Assembly (NCBI GenBank): GCA_045561295.1
Contig: JBJKYD010000010.1
Span: forward strand, 64,001-128,000
Direction: 5' to 3'
Length of the DNA: 64,000 bases
Origin: Gammaproteobacteria bacterium
GTDB taxonomy: Bacteria; Pseudomonadota; Gammaproteobacteria; GCA-002705445; GCA-002716945
Shown piece by piece: positions 31,515 through 41,598 of this stretch. Both the position numbers and the translations under genes were made by a program. Under the pieces are notes generated by a model that saw only the letters and a list, made by a program, of their open reading frames with translations, searched no databases and had not been told where the DNA came from. Positions within the stretch are counted from its first letter, which is position 1. Every line of letters begins with the position of its first letter.

Positions 31515-31955
31515 TTAGGTTTCATTTTTTTTTAATATAGCGTTTAACCTTGAGCCTATATCTTGATAAATTTCGAGTAATTTTTGTTTTCTCTCATTAA
31601 AGTCTACGATATCTGCAGGGTCTGAATAACTCCAGTGAAGATTGTTCAAACAGTTTGTATAGACAGGGCATGCATCTTTAGCGTTATCACAAACTGTAAT
31701 TGCATAATCAAATTTATTGTTATTGCTCTCACTAAAAATATTAATGCTTTTAGATTTAAGCTTATTTATTGGATACCCCAACTCTTTTGCAATTTCTAAA
31801 GCAGCAGGATTAATTATACCTGTAGGGTTGGAGCCTGCAGAAAAACCTATGAAATATTCATTGGTCAGAAGATTAGCAGCCATTTCTCCCATAATAGAGC
31901 GTGCAGAATTACCAGTGCAGATAAATAAAACACTATGTTGTTTGGGATAGCTCAT
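31515..31955 (-). CDS. arsC: Arsenate reductase, LMW-PTPase / thioredoxin type
   Basis: P-loop CTGNSARS, TVCDNAKDACP redox pair, HW...DP. Confidence 0.88.
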   Translation of the reverse strand: MSYPKQHSVLFICTGNSARSIMGEMAANLLTNEYFIGFSAGSNPTGIINPAALEIAKELGYPINKLKSKSINIFSESNNNKFDYAITVCDNAKDACPVYTNCLNNLHWSYSDPADIVDFNERKQKLLEIYQDIGSRLNAILKKNET

Positions 31956-32844
31956 CTATTACACCTTCTCTTATCCCACCATTAGATTTATAGATATCAG
32001 ATATATTGATTGTATTAATTATACAATTGAGAATAACTAGGCTAGCTGGTAGAACACTCAGTCGATAGGAATCAATATAATTTTTTAATTCACTATTTTT
32101 TGATTGTATTTTTTTTGGATTATTCATTAGATCTAGAAAGTTTTCTTTAATTACAGCGCCTTTTGGTTTTTGTAATATTTGACAAGCGCGATAGGCTGTT
32201 TTAAATGATCCTGATGTTCCATAGACCGCTTTATTATTTTTAAATGAAAGTTCAGAGACATTTTCTTTAGCCAAATGACTCTTAATGTAATCATTCGCTT
32301 CATTATATGGAAAAGTATTATAGCCTGAGTACATCTTTGTCAATGATGCACTTCCAATTTGGAGACTAATAATTTTAGATATTTTATTTTCACTAACTTT
32401 TATAATTTCTGTACTTGATCCTCCAATATCTAAAATAAAATATTTTTTTTCTTTCAAATCATTGGTGGATGAAACGCCCCTAAACGCAAGATACCCCTCT
32501 TCATCAGGACTGATGACATTAATTTGATGTCCTAAAATATTCTCAACATTTTTTACAAAAGATTGATCCTTTATGTTTCTAAAAGAATTAGTGGCAATAA
32601 TTCTAAAGTTATCAGGTTTCTGATTATCGATGATTTCCTTAAATTCACTGAAAAGTTGGAAGAATTTTTTTTCTTTGTATTTATTAATATGTCCTTTGAG
32701 GGTAGTTGAGGCGATAATATCTGTATATTCCTTATATTTGAATATACTTTTGACTTCATTTTTTTTAAATGTAACAAATTTAATATTAAATGTGTTTGAA
32801 CCTAAATCAAGCACGCCTACTTTCTTTTCTAATTCTTCAGTCAA
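31933..32844 (-). CDS. ppx: Exopolyphosphatase, short Ppx/GppA family
   Basis: LDLGSNT, ATNSFR, EEG, DIGGSSTE, GIREG; follows ppk1. Confidence 0.85.
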   Translation of the reverse strand: MTEELEKKVGVLDLGSNTFNIKFVTFKKNEVKSIFKYKEYTDIIASTTLKGHINKYKEKKFFQLFSEFKEIIDNQKPDNFRIIATNSFRNIKDQSFVKNVENILGHQINVISPDEEGYLAFRGVSSTNDLKEKKYFILDIGGSSTEIIKVSENKISKIISLQIGSASLTKMYSGYNTFPYNEANDYIKSHLAKENVSELSFKNNKAVYGTSGSFKTAYRACQILQKPKGAVIKENFLDLMNNPKKIQSKNSELKNYIDSYRLSVLPASLVILNCIINTINISDIYKSNGGIREGVIDELSQTT

Positions 32845-34924
32845 CTAACGCTCCATGTATTTTACATAGCATATGTTGTGAGTGTTTCTTTTTATTTCCT
32901 TTTGATGGCATTTTTTTAATGTATTTTCCAAATGAATCAAGCTTCCATAGCTTAACATTATCATTTCTTTGAAGTTCAAATGCTTCAAAAATGATACGGT
33001 CCATTTTTTCTTGTTCTAAAATTGGGAAAAATATCTCTACTCTATTGTGCATATTTCTAGTCATCCAATCTGCGCTTGATAAATAAAGTTTAGGTCTATT
33101 TTTATTACAAAAAATGAACACTCGTGAATGTTCCAAAAATCTTCCGATAGTTGAGTATACTTTAATATTTTCAGACAAACCAGAAATGCCAGGTTTTAAT
33201 ATACATTCTCCTCTTACGAAGAGTTCTATTTTTACACCTGCCTGTGATGCCTCATAGAGTTTATTAATAATTTTCCTTTCCGTGAGCTGATTCATCTTTA
33301 TTTTGATGTAAGCATCATGCTTATTTTTTTTATTTTCTATTTCATTTGATATCAATTTTATAACCTTCTTGCTACTGTCAATTGGGGATAAAAATAGATG
33401 ATTATATTTGATATCTTTGTTTGAACCCGTCAACTGAAGGAAAAATTTGTTTACATCAGCAGAAATTTCTTTATTGGCAGATATTAAACTGAAGTCGGTA
33501 TATAATTTAGCTGTGTTTTCATGATAATTGCCCGTTCCTAAATGAAAGTAATTAACAAGAGTCCCATTCTCCTTTCTAACTATTAATAGGGCTTTTGCAT
33601 GGGTTTTAAAATTTTTAAGTCCATAAGTTACTTGAACGCCTGCATCTTCAAGTTTTTTGGCTATTTTAATATTTGTTTCCTCATCAAATTTAGCTCTTAG
33701 CTCTATGACGACAGTGACAGCAATATCTTTTTTTGCAGCTTTCACAAGAGCATTAATAATCTTGGAATTAATAGCCGTTCTATATAATGTCTGCTTTATA
33801 GCGACGGTATTTTTATCTTTGACAGCTGCCTTGATAAAATCATTAATATGATCGAAGTCATTGTAAGGGTGATGTAATAAGATATCTTGATCCTTGATGT
33901 TATTAAAATAATCTTTACTATTTTTGAAACTAGACATGACAGGCTTTGGTTTATAAATCGGAAATTTAAGATTTTTTTTGTCAATATCCTCATAGATAGA
34001 ATAGAACCGACTTAAATTAACAGGTCCATTAATTTTATAGATATCTAAGTCGCTTAAGAAATATTGGTTTTTAAGAAATTTTAGAATATCTTTAGGACAA
34101 TCTTTAACTACCTCAAGTCTTACAGCTTCACTATACTTTCTATCAGGCAACAGTCTAGTAAGAGATTTCTTAATATCATTTAAATCTTCATCATCAAAAA
34201 CCAAGTTACTATTCATTGTTACCCTGAATTGATGGCAGCCTCTAACTTTTAAACCCGGGAAAAGTTTATCTATGTTTTCATGGATTATTGAAGAGAGAAA
34301 CATATAACAATCTTTATTATTTGATATCTTTTTTGGTAGCTGTATGTATCTTGATAAGATTCTTGGCGCTGGGACAACGGCAAGTTTAGGACTGTTGCCA
34401 AAATCATCCGTTCCTTTAAGTTTAATCATAAAATTTAAACTTTTATTTTGTATTTTTGGAAAAGGATGACTACCAACAATTTCTGGAGAATCTCCCTCAA
34501 GAATCATTGGATTAATTATAGGTAAAATATGTTCATCAAAATATTTATTTGCCCACTCTCTTTGATAAGAGTTGAGCTCTCTCCGTCTTAAAAAAATAAT
34601 ATTTTTTGTCCTTAGTGCTCTAAATACACTTTTTTGAAGAAGATCATATTGTAGTTTAATAATAGAATTTGCTTTACGCCTAACATCTTTAAAAAGCTTA
34701 AGGTCACTCTCATCTGAAGAAGTTAAAAGACCATCAGAATATTTCAATTTCTTTCTAATAAAAGCTACTTTTATTTCAAAAAATTCGTCTAAATTACTAT
34801 CTGCAATACACAAATATTTCAGTCTTTCGAGAATAGGCACTGATTTATCAGATGCTTGTAATACTACTCTCTTGTTGAACTCCAATAGACTGAGTTCTCT
34901 TATAAAGAAATTATTATCTGACAT
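32837..34924 (-). CDS. ppk1: Polyphosphate kinase 1
   Basis: RELS.LEFN.RV, NLDEFFE, HPFP, LHHPY, KTHAK, GTGNY, GRFLEHSR, SADWM.RN. Confidence 0.96.
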   Translation of the reverse strand: MSDNNFFIRELSLLEFNKRVVLQASDKSVPILERLKYLCIADSNLDEFFEIKVAFIRKKLKYSDGLLTSSDESDLKLFKDVRRKANSIIKLQYDLLQKSVFRALRTKNIIFLRRRELNSYQREWANKYFDEHILPIINPMILEGDSPEIVGSHPFPKIQNKSLNFMIKLKGTDDFGNSPKLAVVPAPRILSRYIQLPKKISNNKDCYMFLSSIIHENIDKLFPGLKVRGCHQFRVTMNSNLVFDDEDLNDIKKSLTRLLPDRKYSEAVRLEVVKDCPKDILKFLKNQYFLSDLDIYKINGPVNLSRFYSIYEDIDKKNLKFPIYKPKPVMSSFKNSKDYFNNIKDQDILLHHPYNDFDHINDFIKAAVKDKNTVAIKQTLYRTAINSKIINALVKAAKKDIAVTVVIELRAKFDEETNIKIAKKLEDAGVQVTYGLKNFKTHAKALLIVRKENGTLVNYFHLGTGNYHENTAKLYTDFSLISANKEISADVNKFFLQLTGSNKDIKYNHLFLSPIDSSKKVIKLISNEIENKKNKHDAYIKIKMNQLTERKIINKLYEASQAGVKIELFVRGECILKPGISGLSENIKVYSTIGRFLEHSRVFIFCNKNRPKLYLSSADWMTRNMHNRVEIFFPILEQEKMDRIIFEAFELQRNDNVKLWKLDSFGKYIKKMPSKGNKKKHSQHMLCKIHGALVD

Positions 34925-34936
34925 AGTGAAGATTGA

Positions 34937-35623
34937 TTATGATTGAGAATCTAAACTGTAGCCAGATGAGCGTATTGTCCTTATTACTTTGCATTCTTCG
35001 GTATTACTAAGTGCCTTTCTGAGACGCCTTATATGAACATCAATAGTTCTATCCGTCACATAAACATTAGTTCCCCATACTGAATCTAAGATTTGCTGGC
35101 GAGAATAGACCCTTCCTGGGTGCCTCATCAAAAACTCTAATATACGATACTCTCTCGGTCCTAATTTTGCCTCTTCATCGCAACAGTAAACTCGATGAGT
35201 TCCGGTATCCATTTTTATGTTGCCATATGATAGAACTGCATCTTGAGAATTGTCTGTACTTCTTCTCAGAAGCGCTTTTATTCTAGCTATTAACTCTGCA
35301 GGACTAAATGGTTTGGTTATATAGTCATCACAACCCATATCAAAACCAGATAACAGATCTTGCTCTTCTCCTTTGGCTGTAAGCATTATTATAGGTGTAC
35401 TTTTTAAATCTTTATGACTCCTAACAAACTTACATACTTCTGTGCCAGATATATCTGGTAGCATCCAATCAAGTAGTATTAAGTCTGGTTTTGATTTTTG
35501 AAGTTTCATCATCCCATCATATCCATTTGGAGAATGTTGAAATTTATAACCTGCCGATTGAATATTGTATTCTAAAAGTGATACTAGCGCTTCTTCATCT
35601 TCAATAGAAAATATAGTTGTCAT
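34937..35623 (-). CDS. phoB: Phosphate regulon response regulator
   Basis: LLDWMLP, DDYITKPFS, RTIDVHIRRLRKAL; within the pst cluster. Confidence 0.93.
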   Translation of the reverse strand: MTTIFSIEDEEALVSLLEYNIQSAGYKFQHSPNGYDGMMKLQKSKPDLILLDWMLPDISGTEVCKFVRSHKDLKSTPIIMLTAKGEEQDLLSGFDMGCDDYITKPFSPAELIARIKALLRRSTDNSQDAVLSYGNIKMDTGTHRVYCCDEEAKLGPREYRILEFLMRHPGRVYSRQQILDSVWGTNVYVTDRTIDVHIRRLRKALSNTEECKVIRTIRSSGYSLDSQS

Positions 35624-36348
35624 TTATTAGAATCCTCGAGTGCATCTTCTAGATTATTCTCTTTACTCTCAGGTTTAAGGTCTATATGTTCACCAGTGAC
35701 TATGAAATGGATTTCCTCAGCAATATTACCAATGTGATCTCCCGCTCTTTCCAGTGTTTTTATTGCAAACAATAACTTTGTATAAGTAAGCAATCTAAGT
35801 TTAGTGACTTTACCTTTTATAAGGTCAACAATCTTCTCATAGATTACATTGTAGTTTTTATCTATCTCAAGATCATTTTTCAAAACTTCTTCTGCTTTTT
35901 TAATGTCTTTCGAGACATAAGCGTCTATTACTTTTTTGAGTTGGACTTGAACCAGATTGAGAAGTCTTAAAATATCATTTTTTATATGAGTCTCTGGAAT
36001 TTCTTCAAGTGTCGCAACCCTCATGGCTATGTTTTTTGCATAATCACCAAGTCTTTCTAAATCAGTAGAGATTCTCAAAGAGGTCAGGATATCTCGCAGA
36101 TCAACAGCAACAGGCGACCTTAGAGTAATTAGTGTGATAACAGCATCTCTAATCTCTGCATCATAATTATCAAGCTTAGGCTCATTTTCTAGTATATCCT
36201 CAGTAGTTGATGGAGAACCCGTATCGACAACGTGATAGAGCAATTTATATTGCTCTTCAACCAATGTCGCCATCTGTGTAGTTAGATGGATAACGTTAGC
36301 TATCTCTTCGTCAAATGATTTAACTATGTGTTCTCTATAATCAGTCAT
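35620..36348 (-). CDS. phoU: Phosphate signalling protein PhoU
   Basis: P.A.DLR, DLERLGD..KNIA, LERAGDH..NIAE. Confidence 0.94.
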   Translation of the reverse strand: MTDYREHIVKSFDEEIANVIHLTTQMATLVEEQYKLLYHVVDTGSPSTTEDILENEPKLDNYDAEIRDAVITLITLRSPVAVDLRDILTSLRISTDLERLGDYAKNIAMRVATLEEIPETHIKNDILRLLNLVQVQLKKVIDAYVSKDIKKAEEVLKNDLEIDKNYNVIYEKIVDLIKGKVTKLRLLTYTKLLFAIKTLERAGDHIGNIAEEIHFIVTGEHIDLKPESKENNLEDALEDSNK

Positions 36349-36368
36349 AATATTGATTATATATTATA

Positions 36369-37133
36369 TTACCCAATTCTACCTGTAATATAATCCTGAG
36401 TTTTTTCGTGCTGAGGATTTGAAAAAATAGTTTTAGTAAGTCCTGTTTCTACTAATTCGCCCATATGCATATAAGCAGTCCTGTCTGAAACTCTTGCTGC
36501 TTGTTGCATAGAGTGGGTAACAATCACTATTGTATATTGCTGTTTTAGCTCTGCTATTAGGTCTTCTATTTTAGCAGTAGCAATTGGATCCAATGCAGAA
36601 CAAGGCTCATCCATCAAAAGTATCTGTGGATTAACCGCTAATGCACGAGCAATACATAATCTTTGTTGCTGGCCACCCGACAGTCCTGTCCCGGGCTCAA
36701 ATAATCTATCCTTAACTTCCTCATATAGTCCTGATTTAGATAAACTTTGAATGACAATATGATCCAATTCTTCTTTTGATTTTGCCATACCATGTAGTTT
36801 AGGGCCGAACGCAACATTGTCATATATTGATTTAGGAAATGGATTTGGCTTTTGAAAAACCATACCTATTTTCATTCTTAAGAGCACAGGATCTTGAGAA
36901 GCTTCATTTATATCTTGAGAGTCTAATAAAATCTGTCCGCGTATTTTACAAATCTCAACAAGATCATTCATCCTATTGATACATTTTAATAATGTAGACT
37001 TCCCGCAACCTGATGGTCCAATGAGTGAAGTAACCTCTTTTTCCATTATATTTAGATTAACATTAAATAAAGCCTGCTTATCACCATAATGAACGTCTAA
37101 ATTTTTAATTGATACTTTTAAATTTTCAGCCAT
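36369..37133 (-). CDS. pstB: Phosphate ABC transporter ATPase
   Basis: [46 protein letters not shown]. Confidence 0.97.
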   Translation of the reverse strand: MAENLKVSIKNLDVHYGDKQALFNVNLNIMEKEVTSLIGPSGCGKSTLLKCINRMNDLVEICKIRGQILLDSQDINEASQDPVLLRMKIGMVFQKPNPFPKSIYDNVAFGPKLHGMAKSKEELDHIVIQSLSKSGLYEEVKDRLFEPGTGLSGGQQQRLCIARALAVNPQILLMDEPCSALDPIATAKIEDLIAELKQQYTIVIVTHSMQQAARVSDRTAYMHMGELVETGLTKTIFSNPQHEKTQDYITGRIG

Positions 37134-37139
37134 ATATTT

Positions 37140-38357
37140 TCACCATTTTTTCTCGAGTTTTTTACGCAAATAAATTGCGGTAAGATTAAGTAGAATTAAA
37201 AAAGTAAGCAACACCATAATGGCAGCAGAGGTTCGCTCAGTGAACGCACGCTCAGGACTATCAGCCCATAAATAAATTTGAACAGGTAATGCAGTTGATG
37301 CATCCATAGGACCACCTGGGACATCTACTACAAAGGCAACCATGCCTATCATTAATAAAGGAGCAGTCTCGCCTATCGCTTGTGCTATACCTATAATCGT
37401 CCCTGTCAAAATACCAGGCATCGCTAAGGGAAGTGTAAAGCCAAATATTGTTTGTACTTTGCTAGCCCCCATTCCTATAGCTGCTTCTTCAATAGAAGGA
37501 GGAACAGATTTAATAGCGGCTCTTGCTGCAATAACTATTGTTGGCAATGTCATTAATGCAAGAGTTAATCCTCCAACTAAAGGAGCAGATCTGGGTAATT
37601 CAAAAAAATTTAAAAAGATTGCGAGCCCGAGCAAACCAAATACTATAGATGGAACCGCGGCTAAATTATTTATATTTGTTTCTATCAAATCAGAAAATCT
37701 ATTTTTTGATGCAATTTTTTCCAGATATACTGCAGCCATAACTGCCAGAGGAAATGAAACCAGGAATGCAATTAATATAGAATACAAAGAGCCTATGATA
37801 GCACCTCTGATACCTGCCATTTCGGGCTCTCGACTATCAGCTGATGATAGTAGATACTTGTTGGACTGGAGTTCTATCAAATTTTTAGATTCGAGCTGAT
37901 CAACAAATTTCATTTGATTTTCATCAATTCTTCCTGCGGTATCTCCTTGTCTTTTGACGGTACCTTTTATGTACATATCTAAATCTGCAGAAGCTAAAAA
38001 CCAATGGTATCCTTCTATACTTTTACCCTCATTTTCATCTAGAAGTTCTTCAAATTCATACCTTGCGCCCTTACTAAGAAGTGATAATGCAGCTCTTCTC
38101 TCAGTACGAGATTGTATTTCAGGAAACATTTTTAAAAAACTTTTATTTAATTCAGCTCTTGGGTTAATTTCACTTTTGTTTATATCAAGAGGGATATTTA
38201 AATTGACTGCTACATAAGTTTGTTTGAAAGCAGAAATTCCCGTTGAAAATATATTGAAAAGAAGAATACCTAAAAAACTTATCGCAACAATAACGGCAGT
38301 CATTCCATACATTTGGAATCTTTTTTCTTTTTTATTTCTTAAAGAGACACTATTCAT
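37140..38357 (-). CDS. pstA: Phosphate ABC permease PstA, long form
   Basis: NINNLAAVPSIVFGLLG, GETAPL, ALPVQI. Confidence 0.95.
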   Translation of the reverse strand: MNSVSLRNKKEKRFQMYGMTAVIVAISFLGILLFNIFSTGISAFKQTYVAVNLNIPLDINKSEINPRAELNKSFLKMFPEIQSRTERRAALSLLSKGARYEFEELLDENEGKSIEGYHWFLASADLDMYIKGTVKRQGDTAGRIDENQMKFVDQLESKNLIELQSNKYLLSSADSREPEMAGIRGAIIGSLYSILIAFLVSFPLAVMAAVYLEKIASKNRFSDLIETNINNLAAVPSIVFGLLGLAIFLNFFELPRSAPLVGGLTLALMTLPTIVIAARAAIKSVPPSIEEAAIGMGASKVQTIFGFTLPLAMPGILTGTIIGIAQAIGETAPLLMIGMVAFVVDVPGGPMDASTALPVQIYLWADSPERAFTERTSAAIMVLLTFLILLNLTAIYLRKKLEKKW

Positions 38358-39717
38358 ATTGTTCTCTGTATCTTTTAACTATTGTTAGTGATATTACATT
38401 CAAGACTAAAGTGATGAAAAATAGCACGAAGGCTAACGCAAAAGCAGATAATGTTTTTGGGCTGTCAAACTCTTGGTCACCTGTAAGTAATCCAACTATT
38501 TGCACTGTAACAGTACTTACGCTATCAAAGGGATTGAAGGTGAGATTTGCAGCAAAACCTGCAGCCATCACAACTATCATAGTCTCACCTATTGCACGAG
38601 AAAAAGCTAACAAGAAGCTTCCTACAATGCCGTGGAATGAAGCTGGTATAATTACTTGTTTTGTGGTCTCTGATAGTGTTGCTCCCATTGCAAGCGAACC
38701 CTCTTTAAGTGAACGAGGCACGGCTGTTAATGCATCATCGGTTAATGATGCCACAAAAGGTATAATCATAATTCCAAGAACAGAACCAGCGATCAATGCG
38801 CTTTCTGAACTCATATTCGTAAAAGATAAAAATGCTCCCATGTCTCTAAAAAATGGGGCGACAGTTATCACGGCAAAGAACCCGTAGACTACTGTTGGAA
38901 TACCAGCAAGTATCTCAATAATTGGTTTTGCATAGTTTCTTACTTTGTCAGAGGCATATTGAGAAAGATAAATTGCAGAAAACATGCCTATGGGGGCAGC
39001 CACTGCCATTGCAATAAATGCAATAAGGAGCGTTCCTGTAAAAACTGGAACGGCACCAAAGCTACCTGAAGATCCGACTTGGTCAGCTCTTATTGCCATC
39101 TGAGGGCTCCAATGTAATCCAAATAAAAAATCAAAGACATTAACAGAATCAAAAAATCTAAGAGTTTCAAATAACAATGACATAACAATACCAATGGTTA
39201 CAAATATTGCAAAAATTGCAGAGGCTCGCATAACAAAAACGACTACTTTTTCTATATAATCTCTAGCTTTAAATTGAACCTCAACAAATTTCAATGAGTA
39301 TCTAAAAAACATTAGGGTTAGCGTCAAGACAACAATGAACTGCAGGATCTTATTGTTGTATTGCAATGATTGATAATGTTCTACCGCTGGCAAAAAGCCT
39401 ACATGATCAATTATTCTATCTGATGATCCTTCTACATAAGCTATAACCCCATCTGTATAAAATCTTACTAACCCACTGTCAGTTACATCTGAAAAAAATT
39501 CTTTGAGAGTAATATTGGTTATTATATTTACAATAAATGACCAGGAGATTAATAATATAATTGCAGGGACTAGAGTCATGAAAGCTGAATATAGACCATG
39601 ATAATGTGGTTGGGAATGCATTATGTTAACCTCAGATAATGCATTGGCCTTGCTCTTATTGAGTACAAAGCCATATACAGCAAGAGCAATAATTAAGATG
39701 AGTAGGAATTCAGTCAT
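38350..39717 (-). CDS. pstC: Phosphate ABC permease PstC, long form
   Basis: EILAGIPTVVYGFF, SRAIGETMIV, N-terminal HS.P.YHG extension. Confidence 0.95.
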   Translation of the reverse strand: MTEFLLILIIALAVYGFVLNKSKANALSEVNIMHSQPHYHGLYSAFMTLVPAIILLISWSFIVNIITNITLKEFFSDVTDSGLVRFYTDGVIAYVEGSSDRIIDHVGFLPAVEHYQSLQYNNKILQFIVVLTLTLMFFRYSLKFVEVQFKARDYIEKVVVFVMRASAIFAIFVTIGIVMSLLFETLRFFDSVNVFDFLFGLHWSPQMAIRADQVGSSGSFGAVPVFTGTLLIAFIAMAVAAPIGMFSAIYLSQYASDKVRNYAKPIIEILAGIPTVVYGFFAVITVAPFFRDMGAFLSFTNMSSESALIAGSVLGIMIIPFVASLTDDALTAVPRSLKEGSLAMGATLSETTKQVIIPASFHGIVGSFLLAFSRAIGETMIVVMAAGFAANLTFNPFDSVSTVTVQIVGLLTGDQEFDSPKTLSAFALAFVLFFITLVLNVISLTIVKRYREQYE

Positions 39718-39747
39718 ATCTTTTAGTTAACTGATGTTAAGTCTTCA

Positions 39748-39766
39748 ATGTTACAGTTGTGTTAAA
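39748..39766 (-). promoter_or_regulatory. Probable internal Pho box upstream of pstC
   Basis: Minus strand TTTAACAC-AAC-TGTAACAT, an 11-bp-period direct repeat. Confidence 0.45.
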
Positions 39767-39772
39767 TATGCC

Positions 39773-40414
39773 TTAACTTCTGATGTAATTATATGTCTTG
39801 GTTGCTAAATAAGCTCCAATGAGCTGAGCGAAGATGAATCCAATTATATTGGTAGGATCTATCCCTGTATAGGTGTCAGTAAACGAACGCGCAATTGTAA
39901 TTGCTGGATTAGCAAATGAGGTTGAGGAAGTGAAAAAGTATCCCGCCCCTATATAAACACCTACAATAACACCAACTGATAAATCATTTCTTTTCTGGGA
40001 CATGCAAATGATAAAAACCAATAAAAATGAAGCAATGATCTCTGAAAAGATAATATTTCCTCCACTCCTGTCTTTCGTACTAAAATCAAGAATACTCATA
40101 TCAAACATGATATGAACAAAAACTACACCTACTATAGCCCCCAACACATGACTAAGAACATATCTAAAAAAATCTATTTTTTCTAACTTGCCTTGCATAT
40201 AAAAACTCAAGGATACTGCAGGATTAAAATGTGCTCCGGATATTTCTCTAAAAGTCATGATAATCACAATAAGAATAGCTGCTGTTGAAACTGAGTTTAT
40301 TAATAAAGTGATGCCCTCAATACCTTCGCTTATGTTTTGAGCCATAATGCCACTTCCTACAACACCCATAGTAAGGATCATCATGCCAAGAAACTCTGAT
40401 ATTATTTTTTTCAT
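39773..40414 (-). CDS. aqpS: MIP channel, AqpS-type arsenite-conducting aquaglyceroporin
   Basis: VVGSGIMA, SGAHFNPAVS and TSSTSFANPA motifs of the ars-associated MIP subfamily. Confidence 0.8.
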   Translation of the reverse strand: MKKIISEFLGMMILTMGVVGSGIMAQNISEGIEGITLLINSVSTAAILIVIIMTFREISGAHFNPAVSLSFYMQGKLEKIDFFRYVLSHVLGAIVGVVFVHIMFDMSILDFSTKDRSGGNIIFSEIIASFLLVFIICMSQKRNDLSVGVIVGVYIGAGYFFTSSTSFANPAITIARSFTDTYTGIDPTNIIGFIFAQLIGAYLATKTYNYIRS

Positions 40415-40424
40415 AAATATAATG

Positions 40425-40455
40425 AAGTATCGCCTGATTTAATCAGGCGATACTT
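40425..40455 (-). terminator. Strong hairpin after pstS (partial terminator or mRNA stabiliser)
   Basis: 15-bp perfect inverted repeat AAGTATCGCCTGATT/AATCAGGCGATACTT. Confidence 0.75.
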
Positions 40456-40474
40456 TTAAGTTATATGGAGTTAA

Positions 40475-41512
40475 TTAACGAACCAGTTTTGCAAGTGATT
40501 TTGCATCACTTTGAAACTTAGCTCGTGTACTAGCTGGTAAAGGTATTAAACCTTTATCAACTAAGTAGCCATCATTTCCTACAGCATCGTCTTTCATGAA
40601 AAATTCCATGTATTCTTGAACGCCAGGAATAACACCCACGTGATCTTTTTTCACATAAAAGAACAGTGAACGTGATACTTTATAATCACCAGATGCAATA
40701 GCATCAAATGTTGGAGCTACTCCATCGATAACCGCTCCTTTTACTTTGTCTTTATTCTGGTCTAAGAAACTGAATCCAAATACACCGAATGAGTCTTTAT
40801 TTGAAGTAAGTTTTTGGATAATTAAGTTATCATTCTCACCTGCTTCAACGTATGGTCCATCTTCACGAACTGTACGGCAAAGTTTTTTCCATGCTTTTTT
40901 ATTCTTTTTCTTTAATTTCTTGATCCAAGCAATCTTACTGCATCCACCGCTTAGAGCAATTTCAGCAAACGCATCTCTTGTACCAGATGTAGGCGGAGGT
41001 CCATAAACCACTATAGGTATATTAGGAAGTCCAGCTCTAACTTGATTCCATGTTTTGTATGGATTTGGGCCAGTGACTCCGTCCATGATACCAATGGGCA
41101 CTTCTTTAGCTAGTGCTAAATATAAATCCTTTCTAGTAAGCTGCACTGTTGGACCGCTTTTTGCATTCGCTACAACGATGCCATCAAAACCAATTTTCAT
41201 CTCAGTAATATCTGTAATGCCATTTTTTGCACACAGCTTTACTTCTTTCATCTTAATTCTTCTTGATGCATTAGTAATGTCAGGTGTTGATGGACCTTTA
41301 CCTGCACAGAATAATTTAAGACCACCACCAGAACCTGTAGATTCAATGATAGGCGCTTTAAAACCATTGTCAGCTCTTCCGAATTCTTCAGCTACAACAG
41401 TCGCAAAAGGATAAACGGTAGAGGATCCAACGATCTTGATTGTATCTCTTGCTTCGACACTTGATACACCTAGTGCAACCAAAAATGTCAATGCTATTGA
41501 TAAATTTTTCAT
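40475..41512 (-). CDS. pstS: Phosphate-binding periplasmic protein
   Basis: Signal peptide, IVGSSTVYPF, STGSGGG, NASR, GPPPTSGTRDAF. Confidence 0.95.
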   Translation of the reverse strand: MKNLSIALTFLVALGVSSVEARDTIKIVGSSTVYPFATVVAEEFGRADNGFKAPIIESTGSGGGLKLFCAGKGPSTPDITNASRRIKMKEVKLCAKNGITDITEMKIGFDGIVVANAKSGPTVQLTRKDLYLALAKEVPIGIMDGVTGPNPYKTWNQVRAGLPNIPIVVYGPPPTSGTRDAFAEIALSGGCSKIAWIKKLKKKNKKAWKKLCRTVREDGPYVEAGENDNLIIQKLTSNKDSFGVFGFSFLDQNKDKVKGAVIDGVAPTFDAIASGDYKVSRSLFFYVKKDHVGVIPGVQEYMEFFMKDDAVGNDGYLVDKGLIPLPASTRAKFQSDAKSLAKLVR

Positions 41513-41569
41513 GTTGTCTCCATATATAAATTAAGTAGTCTGATTACACAAGATGCGCATGAAGTAGAA

Positions 41570-41598
41570 ATTAAATATTTATTACAGATTTATGAATC
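41570..41598 (-). promoter_or_regulatory. Pho box array upstream of pstS
   Basis: Minus strand GATTCAT-AAAT-CTGTAAT-AAAT-ATTTAAT, 11-bp period, overlapping the phoR stop. Confidence 0.82.
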
